From an uncultured cyanobacterium (GTDB taxonomy: Bacteria; Cyanobacteriota; Cyanobacteriia; Cyanobacteriales; CAWCAG01): a DNA stretch of 64,000 nucleotides. Position numbers and translations under genes: made by a program. Each line of letters starts with the position of its first letter. Position 1 is the first letter of the stretch. Location of the stretch: assembly GCA_963803805.1 (NCBI GenBank), contig CAWDOD010000010.1:96001-160000 (forward strand), in the 5' to 3' direction. The notes under the pieces are model-generated. The model did no database searches. It was given only the letters and a program-made list of their open reading frames with translations, and had not been told where the DNA came from. Shown here one piece after another: positions 62,760-64,000 of the stretch.

Positions 62760-64000
62760 ATGCAAACTTCTGATACGTCTCCAGCAACCTTTGGTGGTTT
62801 TGATACAGAAAACCCTCCCCAGCAAACATTAATTGATAGCTGCGTTCACTGCGGATTTTGTCTTGCTACTTGTCCTAGTTATCGTGTTATTGGCAAGGAA
62901 ATGGATTCTCCACGAGGGAGGATTTACCTTATGGATGCAATTAATAAAAATCAAGCCGAACTAAACGTTGCCACCTCCCAGCATTTTGATTCTTGCTTAG
63001 GATGTTTAGCTTGTGTTTCTACTTGTCCTTCTGGAGTAGAGTATGGCAGATTGATTGCAGCTACTCGCTCTCAAGTGGAGAGAAATCAACCCCGTAGTTT
63101 GGCAGATCGCTTACTTAGGAAGCTAATTTTCAGTCTTTTTCCTTATCCCCAGCGTTTACGCTTTTTACTAGCACCTTTATATTTATATCAACAATCTGGT
63201 CTACAAAACTTTGTCCGTGCTACTAATTTCCTTAAGAAGTTTGCCCCTCGTTTAGGGGCTATGGAGTCGATTTTACCAAAAATCACCCTAGACTCTTTTC
63301 AAGATAACTTACCACAAATTATCCCAGCCCAAGGAAAAAAGCGTTACCGGGTTGGTATGATTCTTGGTTGCGTACAACGTTTATTTTTCTCTCCTGTTAA
63401 TGCTGCAACCGTAAGAGTATTAACAGCTAATGGCTGTGAGGTGGTAATTCCCCCTAAGCAAGGTTGTTGTGCTGCCTTACCTGCTCACCAAGGGCAAGAA
63501 GGGCAAGCACAAACCTTAGCAAGGCAAATGATTGATAGTTTTGCGGATGAGGAGCTTGATGCAGTGATTATTAACGCTGCTGGTTGCGGTCATACATTGA
63601 AAGAATACGACCATATTTTAGCAGAAGATCTACAATACGAACAAAAAGCTGAGGAGTTTGTGGCTAAAGTGAAGGATGTACAGGAATTCTTGGCAGAAGT
63701 GGGGTTGATAGCCAAGCTGCATCCTTTGACTGATGGGGAATTGGACCTAGTTTACCAAGATGCTTGTCACCTCTTGCACGGACAAAAAATTAGCTTACAA
63801 CCCCGTCAGTTATTGAGGCAAATTCCGGGAGTGAAGTTAAAAGAACCCCTTGATGCAGCTTTGTGTTGTGGTAGTGCCGGGGTCTATAATCTGCTCCAAC
63901 CAGAAGTAGCTGATGAGTTAGGGGAACAAAAAGTAGCTAATTTGGTTAATACTGGTGCAGAATTAATCGCTTCTGCTAATCCTGGTTGTTCTTTACAAAT
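62760..64000 (+). CDS. glcF: Glycolate oxidase iron-sulfur subunit (runs off the window end; not in the ORF track)
   Basis: CVHCGFCLATCPSY..EMDSPRGRI, CLGCLACVSTCPSGV, CCG domains (GCC, YQDACHL.H, CCGSAG.YN). Confidence 0.88.
   Translation, partial: MQTSDTSPATFGGFDTENPPQQTLIDSCVHCGFCLATCPSYRVIGKEMDSPRGRIYLMDAINKNQAELNVATSQHFDSCLGCLACVSTCPSGVEYGRLIAATRSQVERNQPRSLADRLLRKLIFSLFPYPQRLRFLLAPLYLYQQSGLQNFVRATNFLKKFAPRLGAMESILPKITLDSFQDNLPQIIPAQGKKRYRVGMILGCVQRLFFSPVNAATVRVLTANGCEVVIPPKQGCCAALPAHQGQEGQAQTLARQMIDSFADEELDAVIINAAGCGHTLKEYDHILAEDLQYEQKAEEFVAKVKDVQEFLAEVGLIAKLHPLTDGELDLVYQDACHLLHGQKISLQPRQLLRQIPGVKLKEPLDAALCCGSAGVYNLLQPEVADELGEQKVANLVNTGAELIASANPGCSLQ

Overview
A 64-kb cyanobacterial chromosomal segment, judged from apcD, crtO, labA, cyanobacterial-type rRNA operons with tRNA-Ile/tRNA-Ala, and frequent HIP1 GCGATCGC octamers. 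Most of it is housekeeping: leuA, bioD, prs, hslO, rlmD, groEL with a perfect CIRCE, rplI, thrB and a partial glcF. It also holds a partner-switching module, a glycosylation cluster, and two near-identical rRNA operons in direct orientation only about 16.4 kb apart. The top candidate for a new system lies between the rRNA operons. It is a translationally coupled, AT-rich two-gene operon (50042->43330, minus strand) encoding a 1017-aa protein whose C-terminal half reads like a divergent, catalytically inactive Argonaute MID-PIWI module, followed by a ~1220-aa SF2 helicase with an unassigned N-terminal domain. This resembles DdmDE/pPIWI_RE defence systems; the Argonaute call is inferred from motif order and was not confirmed by any search. 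Other points of interest are a WbdD-like methyltransferase/kinase fused to a GT4, an unnamed domain shared by two glycosyltransferases, a candidate sRNA, a candidate riboswitch leader, an unlisted 58-aa ORF, and a CHASE2 protein with an 8x amplified tail motif. Several single-base lesions, one of them in the essential gene prs, suggest sequencing or consensus errors.
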